Shown: positions 40,115 to 50,661 of the stretch, piece after piece
Position numbering within the stretch: the stretch's first letter is position 1
Layout of the letters: each line of letters opens with the position of its first letter
From: Candidatus Aminicenantes bacterium
Lineage (GTDB): Bacteria; Acidobacteriota; Aminicenantia; Aminicenantales; JAFGBC01
Assembly (NCBI GenBank): GCA_963702005.1
Contig: OY969696.1
Location: 64,001 to 128,000 of the forward strand
Length of the DNA: 64,000 bases
Reading direction: 5' to 3'
Translations under genes and position numbers: made by a program
Notes under the pieces: generated by a model
The model's database searches: none
Seen by the model: only the letters and a program-made list of their open reading frames with translations
What the model was told of the DNA's origin: nothing

Positions 40115-40159
40115 TTCTATTGAAATTAGAGCAATTTTACAAATCTACCATCTTGTCCG

Positions 40160-40885
40160 TCATGCGCCCCAGGCCATATAGCCGAGCAATATAAATCCAA
40201 ATATATACGCCCAGGTCTGGAACGGCGGATAAATCCATGGAATAGATCTTGAAAGCTGCGCTAGCCGTGCGGCTTCCTTCGCGTCTTTAGAGGCGGCTTT
40301 GCGTTCGCTGAGATTTGCGGTGATCGACGGCAGAGCCGGCCTAAATCCTTTCCAGCTTCCTTTGCCTATCAAGAGGTCTGCTATCTGGCCGGAACGAGTT
40401 TCATAAACCGGCTTCGGATCGTCGTTAGATATTGGGCGGACGAAGTCAAAATAGGTGCTTATCAAGATGAGATATGCCAATAGCGGAACGCAGAAATTCC
40501 AAAATCTCAGCACGAACGCCGCAATCGCTTGACGCGGGTCCTGATGTCCATGCGAGCCACGCGGCGGGCTAAGAAGCACTTCGATGTGTTCGGAAGGCTC
40601 CTTTATTTCATGCTGCGCTGCGGCACGCAGGTTGAGAAGTTCGCGCAGAGCCAAATAAACGTTGCAGAAGGCTCCTAAAATAAAAATCGGGCCGAAGATG
40701 GGAAGGAATCCAACGTTGATGCTGCCGGCGAGCCAGCTCACTGGTGACTCGACCTCCCACGTCGGCAGCCGGCTGACGCCCGCGATAAGAAGAACGGTTC
40801 CGCTGGTGACCATGGCCAAACGGCCGAATCTCGCCCTGGCCGCGACATATGCTTCGAGAACATCCATTTTCTCAGCCTCCCTCAT
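40160..40885 (-). CDS. Hypothetical membrane protein
   Basis: Four hydrophobic segments; ATGA overlap with the EEP gene. Confidence 0.55.
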   Translation of the reverse strand: MREAEKMDVLEAYVAARARFGRLAMVTSGTVLLIAGVSRLPTWEVESPVSWLAGSINVGFLPIFGPIFILGAFCNVYLALRELLNLRAAAQHEIKEPSEHIEVLLSPPRGSHGHQDPRQAIAAFVLRFWNFCVPLLAYLILISTYFDFVRPISNDDPKPVYETRSGQIADLLIGKGSWKGFRPALPSITANLSERKAASKDAKEAARLAQLSRSIPWIYPPFQTWAYIFGFILLGYMAWGA

Positions 40886-42273
40886 CTATGGTGCGTCGGC
40901 GGATTGCATTTCGAGCAGGGCTCGTAGCCCTTTCTCTTCGCCTCGTTCAGGGTAATCGCTATTTTGCTCTGGCTGAGATACTGGCAGCCGCTCCTGTGAT
41001 ACTTGGTGCCCGTCTCGGTTACATAGACGATTACGTCTTCGCCGGGCCTCCTTAAGGCCTCATTGGAATATCCAGAGCAGCCGGCCGAATTATAGGCGCG
41101 CACGCGAAAGGCGTATGCGAAGTCCGATGAAAGGCCAGAGTTCGTATAGGTCTCGCCATCGGCCGGGACCGTGGCTATCTGAGTCCAGTCGCCGCTTGAT
41201 TTCCGTTCTATTCTGAAGCCGGTTTCGTTTGTGGAATTATCATGCCACGCGAGTTTGACGGAAGTCGACGAAAGCGACGTGGCGGCCAGGCCCGAAGGCG
41301 CCCTGGGCAGCCCTGCCAGCGGCAGGAGCTCGATTACGACGGGCAGATGGTCCGAAGCCTCATATAAGGCGTTAGCAATCTTTATGGGGACGGCCTTGTT
41401 CGGAAGGACATTCACCGCTTTATTTAAATGCTTGCCGTCGTTGCCGTAGGCCTTGTAGCTGTTCTTGACGTAGGACAGCTTCGGGCTAGTGAGCAGGCCG
41501 TCCGATACCAGGACGAAGTCGAAGCGGTCGTCAAGGCCGCCGGAGGCGAAGCCCCCGCCGAGTTTCGCGTGAGTGGACTGGGTATGGAGGACCGCGAAAG
41601 CGGAGCCGTCGTGCCATTTCCCGGGCTTGCTGACCGGGTCGTTCACCCTGCCGTCGTTGTCGGCCTGGCTTCCCGTCAGGACCTGGTAGGCGGGCTCGTC
41701 GCTTTTGTAGAGGTTGAGGTCACCGCACACGAGAAACAGGCTGTTCGCCTTGAGGCCGTTCAGATAACTCCTAAGGGTCGTGGCCTCTCTCTCCCTCTCC
41801 TTCTCATAGCCCTGGCTAGCTTTTAAATGTGCAGAATAGACCCGGAAAACCGTTCCCGCGCCCGGTCCGGATTTCACTTTCAGGACGTACTCCGAAACGT
41901 TTCTCGGCGTATCCTGGATTTCCTTGTGCGAGACGAAGCCAATCGTCGATTTCCTATAAAAAAGGGCGTTGTCCGTATCCGTGTCCGGGTCGTCATAGAA
42001 CGGCGCCATCGCATACTTCCCCGGAGACGTGAAATTAATGACCTGGCTAAAAAACTCGTTTGCCCCTTCGAGGCTGAGCATCTCCTGGACGACGAGCACG
42101 TCCGGGCCGAGCCTGTCGACCACGAGGCGGAAGTCGTCCTCCCTGGCCGTTCCCGAGGACCCTGGGAAGTTCAGCAGGTTCCAGGTGGCGAGCTTGACGG
42201 CCTCCGAGGCGAGAGGCAGGAGGAAGAGGGCCAGAACGACGAAGAGAGAAAGAAAAAGCTTCCTTTTAGGCAT
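40882..42273 (-). CDS. Secreted endonuclease/exonuclease/phosphatase with FN3 and C-terminal zinc-binding domain
   Basis: ATWN, VQE, HLKAS, GDLN, DRFD, SDHLPV; FN3 W.DNSTNETGFRIER; VYVT.TG.KYH..GC...CSKC. Confidence 0.88.
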   Translation of the reverse strand: MPKRKLFLSLFVVLALFLLPLASEAVKLATWNLLNFPGSSGTAREDDFRLVVDRLGPDVLVVQEMLSLEGANEFFSQVINFTSPGKYAMAPFYDDPDTDTDNALFYRKSTIGFVSHKEIQDTPRNVSEYVLKVKSGPGAGTVFRVYSAHLKASQGYEKEREREATTLRSYLNGLKANSLFLVCGDLNLYKSDEPAYQVLTGSQADNDGRVNDPVSKPGKWHDGSAFAVLHTQSTHAKLGGGFASGGLDDRFDFVLVSDGLLTSPKLSYVKNSYKAYGNDGKHLNKAVNVLPNKAVPIKIANALYEASDHLPVVIELLPLAGLPRAPSGLAATSLSSTSVKLAWHDNSTNETGFRIERKSSGDWTQIATVPADGETYTNSGLSSDFAYAFRVRAYNSAGCSGYSNEALRRPGEDVIVYVTETGTKYHRSGCQYLSQSKIAITLNEAKRKGYEPCSKCNPPTHHR

Positions 42274-42550
42274 TCGTTCCCCCTAATAACTTTTAATCCT
42301 CCCAAAAGCCAAGTCCAATATACAAATTTAGTCGTTTGATTGTCAAGGATTCGGAAATGCGGGCGCCGAATCTACGAGCAAGGACAGAACTGAATCTTGA
42401 CCTCCATAGTAACCTTTTTGAGAGCTTTCTTCCTCCAAGGTCTTTCTCATTATACCTGGACCGATTTAAAGGGGGGGGCATCCCTGTATATAACCGGGTA
42501 TACCGAGCATAAAATTTTCTGAGCGGCCTGGATTATGGTGATTCTTCGTA

Positions 42551-42844
42551 CTATAACGAAAGGATTTTTGTCCTATTTTTTAGTACATTTCCTCCGGCAG
42601 GATCCAAAACCGATATGGTGACATTACATGTTTTGCCGGATGATCCGGGCGCACTGAACTCGAGAGGTTCAGTATGGGTCCCATCAGACGGCAAAGTTGT
42701 ATCAATGTAAGGTGGCGTTACGGTCGTCGCGCAAGGCACCTGGGCTTTCACCCTCACTTTTCGGCCTGCATCACTTCCCGTCCCTCTGATTCGACAAGTT
42801 ATTTCTTCAGCTTTTCCAGAAAATTTTTCGATCGATATCGCCAT
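42551..42844 (-). CDS. Hypothetical small beta-rich protein
   Basis: AAGGAG RBS; follows 42849..44294 directly. Confidence 0.5.
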   Translation of the reverse strand: MAISIEKFSGKAEEITCRIRGTGSDAGRKVRVKAQVPCATTVTPPYIDTTLPSDGTHTEPLEFSAPGSSGKTCNVTISVLDPAGGNVLKNRTKILSL

Positions 42845-42848
42845 TTTA

Positions 42849-44294
42849 TTACTCCTTTGAGCCGGCTTGTTGGCTGAGGCCGCCGAAGAGCGCTAAGACA
42901 TGCGCGAGCTCCCGGACATTGAGGCTGACGCCGAATGACCATTCATGATTCCAGCCTCGTTTTTCTGAAGTTCCAGTATTTTCCTGAGTCTTTATAAAAG
43001 TGAAGGTCTGGCCTAAATGGATCCGGAAGAAAGGATTGATGCGCAGACCGATGCCGATAAAATACCAATTGTCTTCTCGATCCGCTTTATTAAGCTTTGT
43101 GAGCCCTAAGCCAACGGATAACGATACTAATTTCCACCACTTTTCTTTGCTCCACAATGCTGATGCACCGTTCGGATCGAATCTCCAAGGATGAATGTCA
43201 ATGACAAAAGCGGGCAAGACTGTTTCCGTTTTCGTAAGTCCAAAATAACCGACATTGAAACCCGCCCAGTGTTCGATTTCAGTAACTTCTAGATCCAGGA
43301 CTTCGAGGTCTTCCTGACGTAGGTTATTGACTGTAACCATGGCCAGATTGACCATAATTTCTTCAGTACCTTCAAGCGCTTTTTTTGCCGCCTGGATTGT
43401 TTGGGATTGATCAAGAATGGCCGGCACATATGTATAACTGGACTTGGAAAAATACGTCGTTTTATCCGATCCCAAGACGTTTTTAAGGTCAGTCTCGGAC
43501 ATCTTCGTCAAATCGTCAATCGTCAATTTATTCTCTTTAATTTTTGTCCAAAAATTTATGAACGTCTCTTTATTCGTCGCTTGCTTCGATACTTCATTGA
43601 TGTTTTTATCTTTTACTATTACTCTGAGCTCGGCAAGTTCATCATTGAGAATGGATTCATCGTAAGCGAAATCCTGGAATTGACTTACGTAATCGCGCAA
43701 TTTTTCGCTGAATATCTTTTCCTGAAATAGGTCTTCTATGCCTTTTTCCAAAGGATCCCCGGTCTTCATTCGAAGACTCTTTGCGATGTCGAGGTCCTTA
43801 ATGACCTGAAGAAAGAGAGCTTTTAACATTTCATTATAGGTCTCGGTTGGCACGGTTTCTTTGAATGAGGCGACAAAACCCCCGATGCCCTTTTTAAGAG
43901 CCTGATCGAGTTTCTCTTTAAACAAACTCTTTTGATCGTCCGTGATCGGCTTGAGGATACCCATGATTACTTGAACTCGGCTCTTTTGAGGGAATGGACC
44001 GATTTCGACACTCCAGGTGCGCTTGCCTTTGTCGGAAACGGCAACGTTAACAACTTTCTTATCAGTAGTTATAGTATTTAATTTGATGGTCAGGATAATG
44101 GAATCAATTTCTTGAGGGATATCCATGGCTTCGAGGATGATAATCTCGCCTGCAGGCAGAAGGCGGGAACCGATCAGTTTGAAATCCTTATCTAAGCTTA
44201 TCTTTACGGCAGCTTCCGATCTGACAGATACCATTAAAAATAGACAAATAGACAAAAAAATTAAAAGGGCTGGATAACAAATAATCTTTTTCAT
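42849..44294 (-). CDS. Hypothetical exported protein with C-terminal beta-barrel-like segment
   Basis: Signal peptide MKKIICYP...SEA; amphipathic beta-strands in the C-terminal third. Confidence 0.6.
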   Translation of the reverse strand: MKKIICYPALLIFLSICLFLMVSVRSEAAVKISLDKDFKLIGSRLLPAGEIIILEAMDIPQEIDSIILTIKLNTITTDKKVVNVAVSDKGKRTWSVEIGPFPQKSRVQVIMGILKPITDDQKSLFKEKLDQALKKGIGGFVASFKETVPTETYNEMLKALFLQVIKDLDIAKSLRMKTGDPLEKGIEDLFQEKIFSEKLRDYVSQFQDFAYDESILNDELAELRVIVKDKNINEVSKQATNKETFINFWTKIKENKLTIDDLTKMSETDLKNVLGSDKTTYFSKSSYTYVPAILDQSQTIQAAKKALEGTEEIMVNLAMVTVNNLRQEDLEVLDLEVTEIEHWAGFNVGYFGLTKTETVLPAFVIDIHPWRFDPNGASALWSKEKWWKLVSLSVGLGLTKLNKADREDNWYFIGIGLRINPFFRIHLGQTFTFIKTQENTGTSEKRGWNHEWSFGVSLNVRELAHVLALFGGLSQQAGSKE

Positions 44295-44400
44295 GATTCT
44301 TCCTTTCTTTATGACCGGAATTAAAATCCCCTTTTTTGCCAGCAACAAAACCCAAAAAAGCCACAGTGACCTACCGCCAAGCAATGTGCCACTCCCAGAG

Positions 44401-44697
44401 TTAGCATGCAAACCTCTGGGGCCGGCTTGCGGCCACGTATTTCCCGGGGACGGTGAAGTTCATCACGTTCGTGAGGAATTGGTTGCAGCCGGAGAGGTCG
44501 ATCATCTCCTGGGTGACCAGGATGTCGGGCGCGATCTTGTCGATCACCAGCCGGAAATCGTCTTCTCTGGCCGCGCCCGAAGAGCCCGGGAAGTTCAGCA
44601 GGTTCCAGGTGGCGAGCTTGACGGCCTCCGAGGCGAGAGGCAGGAGAAAAAGGGCCAAAACGACGAAGAGAGAAAGAAGAAGCTTCCTTTTAGGCAT
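44401..44697 (-). pseudogene. Truncated duplicate of the EEP nuclease 5' end
   Basis: First ~88 aa closely match 40882..42273, then diverge to an early stop; upstream promoter region also duplicated. Confidence 0.85.
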
Positions 44698-44969
44698 TTG
44701 GTCCCCCTACAAAACTCTTAATCCTCCCAAAAGCCAATACCAATATAAATGTTTAGTCGTTGTTTTGTCAATGAGATTGAAATCGGAAATATAGACGCTT
44801 GGCTCTCCCTCTTAACAATCCAAAAAAATAATAAGTCAAGAAATCCTTGACTTTTTTCCGTCCTGTTCCTAAATTGTTATCGAGGCGGGAAGGGGCGGAA
44901 AAGGTAATTTCGCTATTCCCTCCTATGAGGTGTTGTTTTACAGAAAGAGCGGCTTATAGGGAGGATATC

Positions 44970-45158
44970 ATGGGACCTAAATTCGTTGTCTTCAAGGATG
45001 CGTCGGGGCAATACCGCTTTCGCCTGGTCGCCCCGAACGGGGAAATCATAGCTACCAGCGAGGCGTATACCACCAAACAGGCCTGCCTTGACGGGATAGC
45101 AGCCGTCAAGAAGCATGGACCACTTGCTCCCATTGAGGACAAGCCTTCTGCATACTGA
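44970..45158 (+). CDS. YegP/DUF1508 family protein
   Basis: KF.VFKDASGQYRFRLVAPNGEIIATSEAYTTKQACLDGI.AVK; GGGAGG RBS. Confidence 0.88.
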   Translation: MGPKFVVFKDASGQYRFRLVAPNGEIIATSEAYTTKQACLDGIAAVKKHGPLAPIEDKPSAY

Positions 45159-45226
45159 GGGAAAAGCAAGGCCCTCGCCCACATTCAACAGGGCGGGGAG
45201 GATTCTAATTTAAGGAGGCCAAGACG

Positions 45227-45649
45227 ATGAGTGAACCGGAATGGCCCGTAATCGTGGCATTAGGGCTCATAGGCGGATTCGTGATCCTGGCGATGGTCGC
45301 TATTATTCGCATTAAACAAGATGAGTCCCGGAAGGCGCTACTCCTTCTGTTGTGGTCTTTTTTCGGTCCTATTATCGGAGTCGCATCCACATACTTCTTC
45401 ACGCGGACCGAAGTCAAACAAGCTCAGGTCCAAATGAAGGCCTCAGAGGAGAACGCGGCCAAGTTGGGAACCCAGCTTGAAGCCACACAGTTGCGAGCTC
45501 AGCAAGCAGAACAGCTCATAAAAGCTCAGGACATAGCATTAACGGAGTTTGTAAAAGTTCTGTCTCCCTATCAGCTTAAGACCCTTCACGCTGATGCTGC
45601 AGTTGCAGCGGCTTTAGACCGTCTTAAGGAATCCAATAACTATAAGTAA
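45227..45649 (+). CDS. Two-TM membrane protein with coiled coil
   Basis: AAGGAGG RBS; two hydrophobic helices followed by heptads. Confidence 0.6.
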   Translation: MSEPEWPVIVALGLIGGFVILAMVAIIRIKQDESRKALLLLLWSFFGPIIGVASTYFFTRTEVKQAQVQMKASEENAAKLGTQLEATQLRAQQAEQLIKAQDIALTEFVKVLSPYQLKTLHADAAVAAALDRLKESNNYK

Positions 45650-45852
45650 TTGAGTTGAGGGCTTTATTGAGATCGTCGCTCGTTGGCCTTCTGGCAAAGC
45701 CATCTTTTGGCCAGTCCTCGAAAAAACCAATATAATGGTTACAAAAGGCAGGTCCCGAATGTACTTACAGATAGTCCTCCTATTATCCAGCTAAAGGGGT
45801 AGACATCAAGGAAAAAAAGAACAAAACAAATATAGATGGAAGGAGGATAAAG

Positions 45853-46020
45853 ATGGCCGAGACATGCAAAACCTGCCACGGGAAGGGCAACGTTAAGTGC
45901 CCAAAATGTGATGGGAAGGGAAGAATATATCATTTTGTATCTGATTCCAAGTGTGACAATTGTAATGGATCTGGAGTTGTGAAGTGCGGAGTTTGTGAAG
46001 GGAAAGGGAAAATATACTGA
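45853..46020 (+). CDS. Stand-alone DnaJ-type zinc-finger microprotein (55 aa, not in the ORF track)
   Basis: MAETCKTCHGKGNVKCPKCDGKG...CDNCNGSG..KCGVCEGKG: four CxxCxGxG; AGGAGG RBS. Confidence 0.8.
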   Translation: MAETCKTCHGKGNVKCPKCDGKGRIYHFVSDSKCDNCNGSGVVKCGVCEGKGKIY

Positions 46021-46087
46021 TATACATTTTAACAAGTTAAGTAAGCAGATAAAATACGGATAAAAGTTGAAAGGGAGGAACTATCTT

Positions 46088-46435
46088 ATGAAACTTATCA
46101 TTAAACGGGACCAGGAAGCAAAGACCGGATTATTAGGCGGTCATAAAGGAATGACATTCGTCCTTTCCTGTCGGGTCGAGATTACTCCAGAGGAGAAGGC
46201 TCTTATTGCCAAGTATAAGGCGGAATCACAACCATTAGTGTATTCAACTGACCGCGAAGGAAAGAGCATTCCAAAATATTTTGTATTTAGCCTCACGACA
46301 GGAATAACAGAGAGAACGCAGGACATTACTACCCTACTTAATAATGAAGAAATAATTAAAAAGGCATGCGCAGATTTTAAAACACTCTTAGAAGTAATGG
46401 CTAGCTTTGGCGGAGAAGAAGTGATCGAATTTTAA
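46088..46435 (+). CDS. Hypothetical protein
   Basis: GGGAGG RBS; 115 aa. Confidence 0.6.
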   Translation: MKLIIKRDQEAKTGLLGGHKGMTFVLSCRVEITPEEKALIAKYKAESQPLVYSTDREGKSIPKYFVFSLTTGITERTQDITTLLNNEEIIKKACADFKTLLEVMASFGGEEVIEF

Positions 46436-46770
46436 ATAATCAAAAAATATTAGATATTCTCCGCCACCAAACAGAACGTTCTATGCTCCGAATAGCTCTT
46501 GATTCGCGTAGCCTTAGCAGTATCGTCCCCCTCTTTGGGCCAGCCGCGGACATCTATTTCTTTTCCGCTAAGCTTATTGAATCCTAGTTGTGATGAAGCT
46601 ATGACGTGGTCAAGGTCGAGGGGTGGGTAGTTTGATCCGTGTGTATTCCATCAGGTGGCCAGCGTATTCTTCGTCAGGTGCCGCACGCTTGCCTTCTTGG
46701 CTCCATCCTCACATTAGCGGGCTTGGGAAATTCCCTCCTCTTCGGGCTTTGAAATTTCCCCCCCTATGTT

Positions 46771-46883
46771 AGTTCCCTTCGGTCTCGGGCTCTCGGATGA
46801 GGCCCGCCTTAAAGCAGGCTGCATCAAGAGCCCAAGACCGATGACGCCGGATTACGGCCGCTTGGGATGTAAACACGGGAACT
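46771..46883 (-). ncRNA. Candidate structured RNA or long hairpin
   Basis: Long stem 46779-46841 inside an outer AGTTCCC/GGGAACT pair; C-A mismatches read as G-U on the minus strand. Confidence 0.3.
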
Positions 46884-47086
46884 TTAGGGTGGCGGTCAAC
46901 ATACGAACTCAGGTTGATACGGCCTAGAAGTTTTATCAATGAGATTGAAATCGGAAATATATACGGCTAGCCCTCCCCCGTTGTGAGCTTGAGGACATAA
47001 ATACGCAGAGAAATCCTTAATAAAAATCCTCGCTCCGGCGTATCAGAATATGGTCTGGAAAATCAATCCAATACTGGAGGAGATTA

Positions 47087-48133
47087 ATGATCCACCCAAA
47101 AAGTATCGGGCTCTGGGGAATCCCCTTCATCGCCTTCGCCATTATCCCCGGTCCAGCCGCCAGCAGCCGGGAGCCGGAACGTCCAAAATTCTCGGTTACT
47201 ATCACCATCGGAATCGAAACGGCTGCGGACAAGGCGCAGGAGCCTTACCAGTTTTCATCGATCGGCTCAGCCGATTTCGACGCCCAAGGGAATATCTATG
47301 TCTTTGACTCCAAAGACTCCTGTATCAAGGTTTTCACAAAGACGGGCGATTTCCTGAGGAGATTCTTGAAACCGGGACAAGGCCCCGATGAAATCGAGAA
47401 CGCCTATGGTTTTAAAATTCTGAGGTCCAACAACCATATTTTCGTCCTGCATCAGCATGGTTTTCAGATCAAGGAATTCGACGAAGCCGGTCATTTCATC
47501 CGATCCCATCCCCTTCCGGAACAAGTCCTGAATGCCAGCTTCGTATTAATCGACGAAAAGCAGCTCCTCTACGTTGCTAGAATGAAATATGGAGAGACGC
47601 GTTTCAACAACTTGAAGATTCTGAGCCTTGAGACGAATAAGCTCATCCGGGAATTCGCTCCGGTGGACCTGGACTATTTTACGGGGCTTCAGAGAGTCGC
47701 GGTCAAGGATGGAATCGTCTGGACGTGCCCCGGAGACCTTTTAAGGGCCGAAGCTTTTGACCCGGAGACAGGGAGGAAACTCAAAACGATCCCTTTGGCC
47801 GAAGACTATGCGCCTCCTCAAGTTATCCGGTGGGGGAACAGCATCCAGAAATTCCGTCTATTCAACTATGCCCAGCCGTTTCTGATCGGCGACGATCTTT
47901 ATTTTATCATCGTCCGTCAATCCTTCACCAAAAAACCGGAAAGCATGCTGGACAAACCCCTAAAACGAGAGGCTAATGTCTATCGGCTGGCGGGGGATCG
48001 GCTGGTGGAGGAACAGGAGTTTCCCGAGTTCGATTTTCTACCGGAGTTTCTCGCCGCTTGGGAGAATAAGCTTCTCGTCTCAAGCTCAGGCTACGATCTT
48101 TATCCACGACTGAAGGTCATCGAACTCCATTAG
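47087..48133 (+). CDS. Secreted 6-bladed beta-propeller protein
   Basis: Signal peptide; DAQGNIYVFDS...IKVFTKTG.FLR....GQGPDE. Confidence 0.82.
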   Translation: MIHPKSIGLWGIPFIAFAIIPGPAASSREPERPKFSVTITIGIETAADKAQEPYQFSSIGSADFDAQGNIYVFDSKDSCIKVFTKTGDFLRRFLKPGQGPDEIENAYGFKILRSNNHIFVLHQHGFQIKEFDEAGHFIRSHPLPEQVLNASFVLIDEKQLLYVARMKYGETRFNNLKILSLETNKLIREFAPVDLDYFTGLQRVAVKDGIVWTCPGDLLRAEAFDPETGRKLKTIPLAEDYAPPQVIRWGNSIQKFRLFNYAQPFLIGDDLYFIIVRQSFTKKPESMLDKPLKREANVYRLAGDRLVEEQEFPEFDFLPEFLAAWENKLLVSSSGYDLYPRLKVIELH

Positions 48134-48622
48134 ATCGCCTGAGCCGTCCCGGCAGCTGCCATGCGACCGCCCTTTCCTTCATTTCCCCTATCGTCCTCTC
48201 TTTTCTCCCTCTCCGGGGTCGACGGAGTGGCGCTGCGCCCAATGCGGGCTTCTAAGCAATCCAGACCGTGATGCCCACTCCGACTTTCTCCCCTTACTGC
48301 TAAAGCTGCATCGTGAAGAACTGCAAATTTGCCTGTTTCGGCCGGATGAAGGCCGGGCTAACGTATAGGGTGCATCTGGTTTCCTGAGCGAAAGCCGCAA
48401 GAGAAGCAGGTCTAGCTCGGCGATACCACCCTTTGGGGTGAAACAGCCTCGCCTTCATAGAGGATTATTAGGGAGTTTAAAAACCACCCCCTAAATCATT
48501 TTTAGAGGTTATTGTCAATTCCCCGAAATTGTATTTATATTATCCTAAGAAGAACTGCCGAATTACGGGGGACGAAGGACCAGATTGAATTCCGAGAGAA
48601 CTCTCCAAGGAGGTTTCAAGGC

Positions 48623-50389
48623 TTGAGTAAAGAAGTAATTGAACTTAAGACCATTGAAGCTCAGCGCAAGGATGCGGAGGAGGCGCTTAGGGAGAGCGAG
48701 AAGCGCTACGGCGATTTGTTCGACAATGTGCCCATCGGACTTTACCGCACGACTCCATCAGGGGAGTGGCTGGATGGCAACCTGCGCTTGGCCAAAATGC
48801 TGGGCTACCCGACTCGTGAAGCGATGCTTGAAACGAATGCGGCTGCGAACTATTTGAATCCCGAGGACCGTGAAAAGTGGAAGACAAGCCTGGAGAAGGA
48901 TGGGGTGCTGGAAGATTTCGAGTCACGGCGTCTCCGCCAGGACGGGAGGACCATCTGGGTTAAGGACAGCGCCAGGGCCATAAAGGACAAGGAGGGGCAG
49001 ATTTCATGTTATGAAGGAGCCATCATGGACGTTACGGCGCAGAAGTGCGCCGAGGAAGCCCTGCACCTTGAAAGGGAACAACTCCTTTCGATCTTTAACA
49101 GCATCGATGAAATCATCTATGTAAGCGACCCGTCCACCTATAAAATCCTCTACGTAAACGATGCCCTTGTGCGTGCTTTCCAAAAGAATCCCGTCGCCGG
49201 CACATGTTATCAGGAGTTTCAGGGCCTGGACCGTCCGTGCGAATTCTGCACGAACGAGATTGTCCTGAAGAACAAGGGCGAATCTTATAGATGGGAATTC
49301 CATAATCCGGTTCTCAACAGGGATTATCACCTCATGGACCGGATCATCAAATGGCCGGATGGCCGCGACGTCAGGTTTGAAATGGCCATCGATATGACGG
49401 AGCGCATGAAGGCCGAGGAGGCCCTCCTGAGGCTGTCCAGCGCGGCCGAGCTTTCTCCGGACAGCATCGTGGTTTCCGACCTCGAAGGACGGATTGTTGA
49501 CGTCAACGCTGTAACACTCGAAAAGTACGGCGCCACGGACAAATCGGAGCTCATCGGCAAGAGCTCCTTCGAGCTGATCGCGCCCGAGGAGCGGGAACGG
49601 GCGATCGGGGGAATGGCCGAGGTGCTGAGCCAGGGCAAGGTCGAGTATCGGGAATACAGGATCGTCAACAAACTCGGCAACGTCATCCCCGTTGAAATGA
49701 GCGTCGCATTGATGAGGGACAAAGAAGGAAAACCAACTGGATTAGTAGGCGTCAGCCGCGACGTCACGGAACGGCAGCTCACTCAGGCTAAACTTCAGCG
49801 AAGCATGGCTCAACTCCAGACGACTCTGAAAGCCGCCATCAAAGCGCTCTCGTCGGCCATTGAAATGAGGGACCCCTACACGGCCGGCCACCAGGAGCGA
49901 GTAACGAAGCTCGCGACGGCCATCGCTCAGGAGATGGGACTGCTGCCGGAACAGATTGAGGGCCTCCAGGTCGCCGGCATCATTCATGACATTGGAAAGC
50001 TCAATGTTCCTGCCGAGATTCTTAGCAAGCCGACGACGCTAACGGACGTCGAATATTCGTTGATAAAAACGCATACGGAGGCAGGATTCAAGCTCCTTTG
50101 CAACATTGAATTCCCCTGGCCGGTCGCGGAGATCGTCTACCAACATCATGAATGCATGAATGGATCGGGATATCCGAGGGGATTGACGGACAAAGACATC
50201 CTCTTGGAGGCGAGAATCCTGAGCGTTGCCGACGTGGTCGAAGCCATGTCATCTCATCGTCCCTACAGGCCGGCTCTGGGCATCGAAAAAGCACTCCAGG
50301 AGATCATTCTCCGGAGAGGGACCTTGTATGACGCTGGGGTCGTTGATGCCTGTGTAAAGCTCTTTTCAGAAAAGCGATTTCAATTCTGA
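48623..50389 (+). CDS. PAS-domain HD-GYP cyclic di-GMP phosphodiesterase
   Basis: Three PAS/PAC-like units; DPYTAGHQERV, HDIGK, HHE.MNGSGYP, VADVVEAM...RPYR; start inferred from AAGGAGG RBS. Confidence 0.9.
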   Translation: MSKEVIELKTIEAQRKDAEEALRESEKRYGDLFDNVPIGLYRTTPSGEWLDGNLRLAKMLGYPTREAMLETNAAANYLNPEDREKWKTSLEKDGVLEDFESRRLRQDGRTIWVKDSARAIKDKEGQISCYEGAIMDVTAQKCAEEALHLEREQLLSIFNSIDEIIYVSDPSTYKILYVNDALVRAFQKNPVAGTCYQEFQGLDRPCEFCTNEIVLKNKGESYRWEFHNPVLNRDYHLMDRIIKWPDGRDVRFEMAIDMTERMKAEEALLRLSSAAELSPDSIVVSDLEGRIVDVNAVTLEKYGATDKSELIGKSSFELIAPEERERAIGGMAEVLSQGKVEYREYRIVNKLGNVIPVEMSVALMRDKEGKPTGLVGVSRDVTERQLTQAKLQRSMAQLQTTLKAAIKALSSAIEMRDPYTAGHQERVTKLATAIAQEMGLLPEQIEGLQVAGIIHDIGKLNVPAEILSKPTTLTDVEYSLIKTHTEAGFKLLCNIEFPWPVAEIVYQHHECMNGSGYPRGLTDKDILLEARILSVADVVEAMSSHRPYRPALGIEKALQEIILRRGTLYDAGVVDACVKLFSEKRFQF

Positions 50390-50468
50390 CGCCTTGCCTC
50401 GCCGGACCACTGGCCGCAGTTAACAAAAGGCTGTTAAAGGCGTAAAAGCCGCTCTTGAGCAAATGGTT

Positions 50469-50570
50469 TGATACGGACCCGACCGAAATCGTCCATCCTA
50501 TGGCAACTGGCGAAGCCCTTTTTCCCCGGTTTCCATAAAAAGCGGTTCAAGGGCATCAGAATGGCCAATA
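50469..50570. repeat. Dispersed ~100 bp non-coding repeat, copy 1
   Basis: GGACCCGACCGA.ATCGTCCATCCT...GCAACTGGCGAAGCC...AAAAAGCGG...ATCAGAATGGC shared with 62063-62164 and partly with 63237-63300. Confidence 0.75.
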
Positions 50571-50661
50571 TGGTCGGGACTGGCGGGCCTTCAAAGCACC
50601 TTCAAAAAGTCCCTCTATTTCCTGTTAATTGCTAACACCCCTATCTTCTGTTCAATCAATT

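Noticed and set aside
45739-46035. 98-aa minus-strand ORF
   Set aside because: The plus-strand CxxCxGxG microprotein with a strong RBS explains the region better
48180-48510. c-di-GMP riboswitch upstream of the HD-GYP gene
   Set aside because: Could not match the GEMM consensus; an Infernal search is needed
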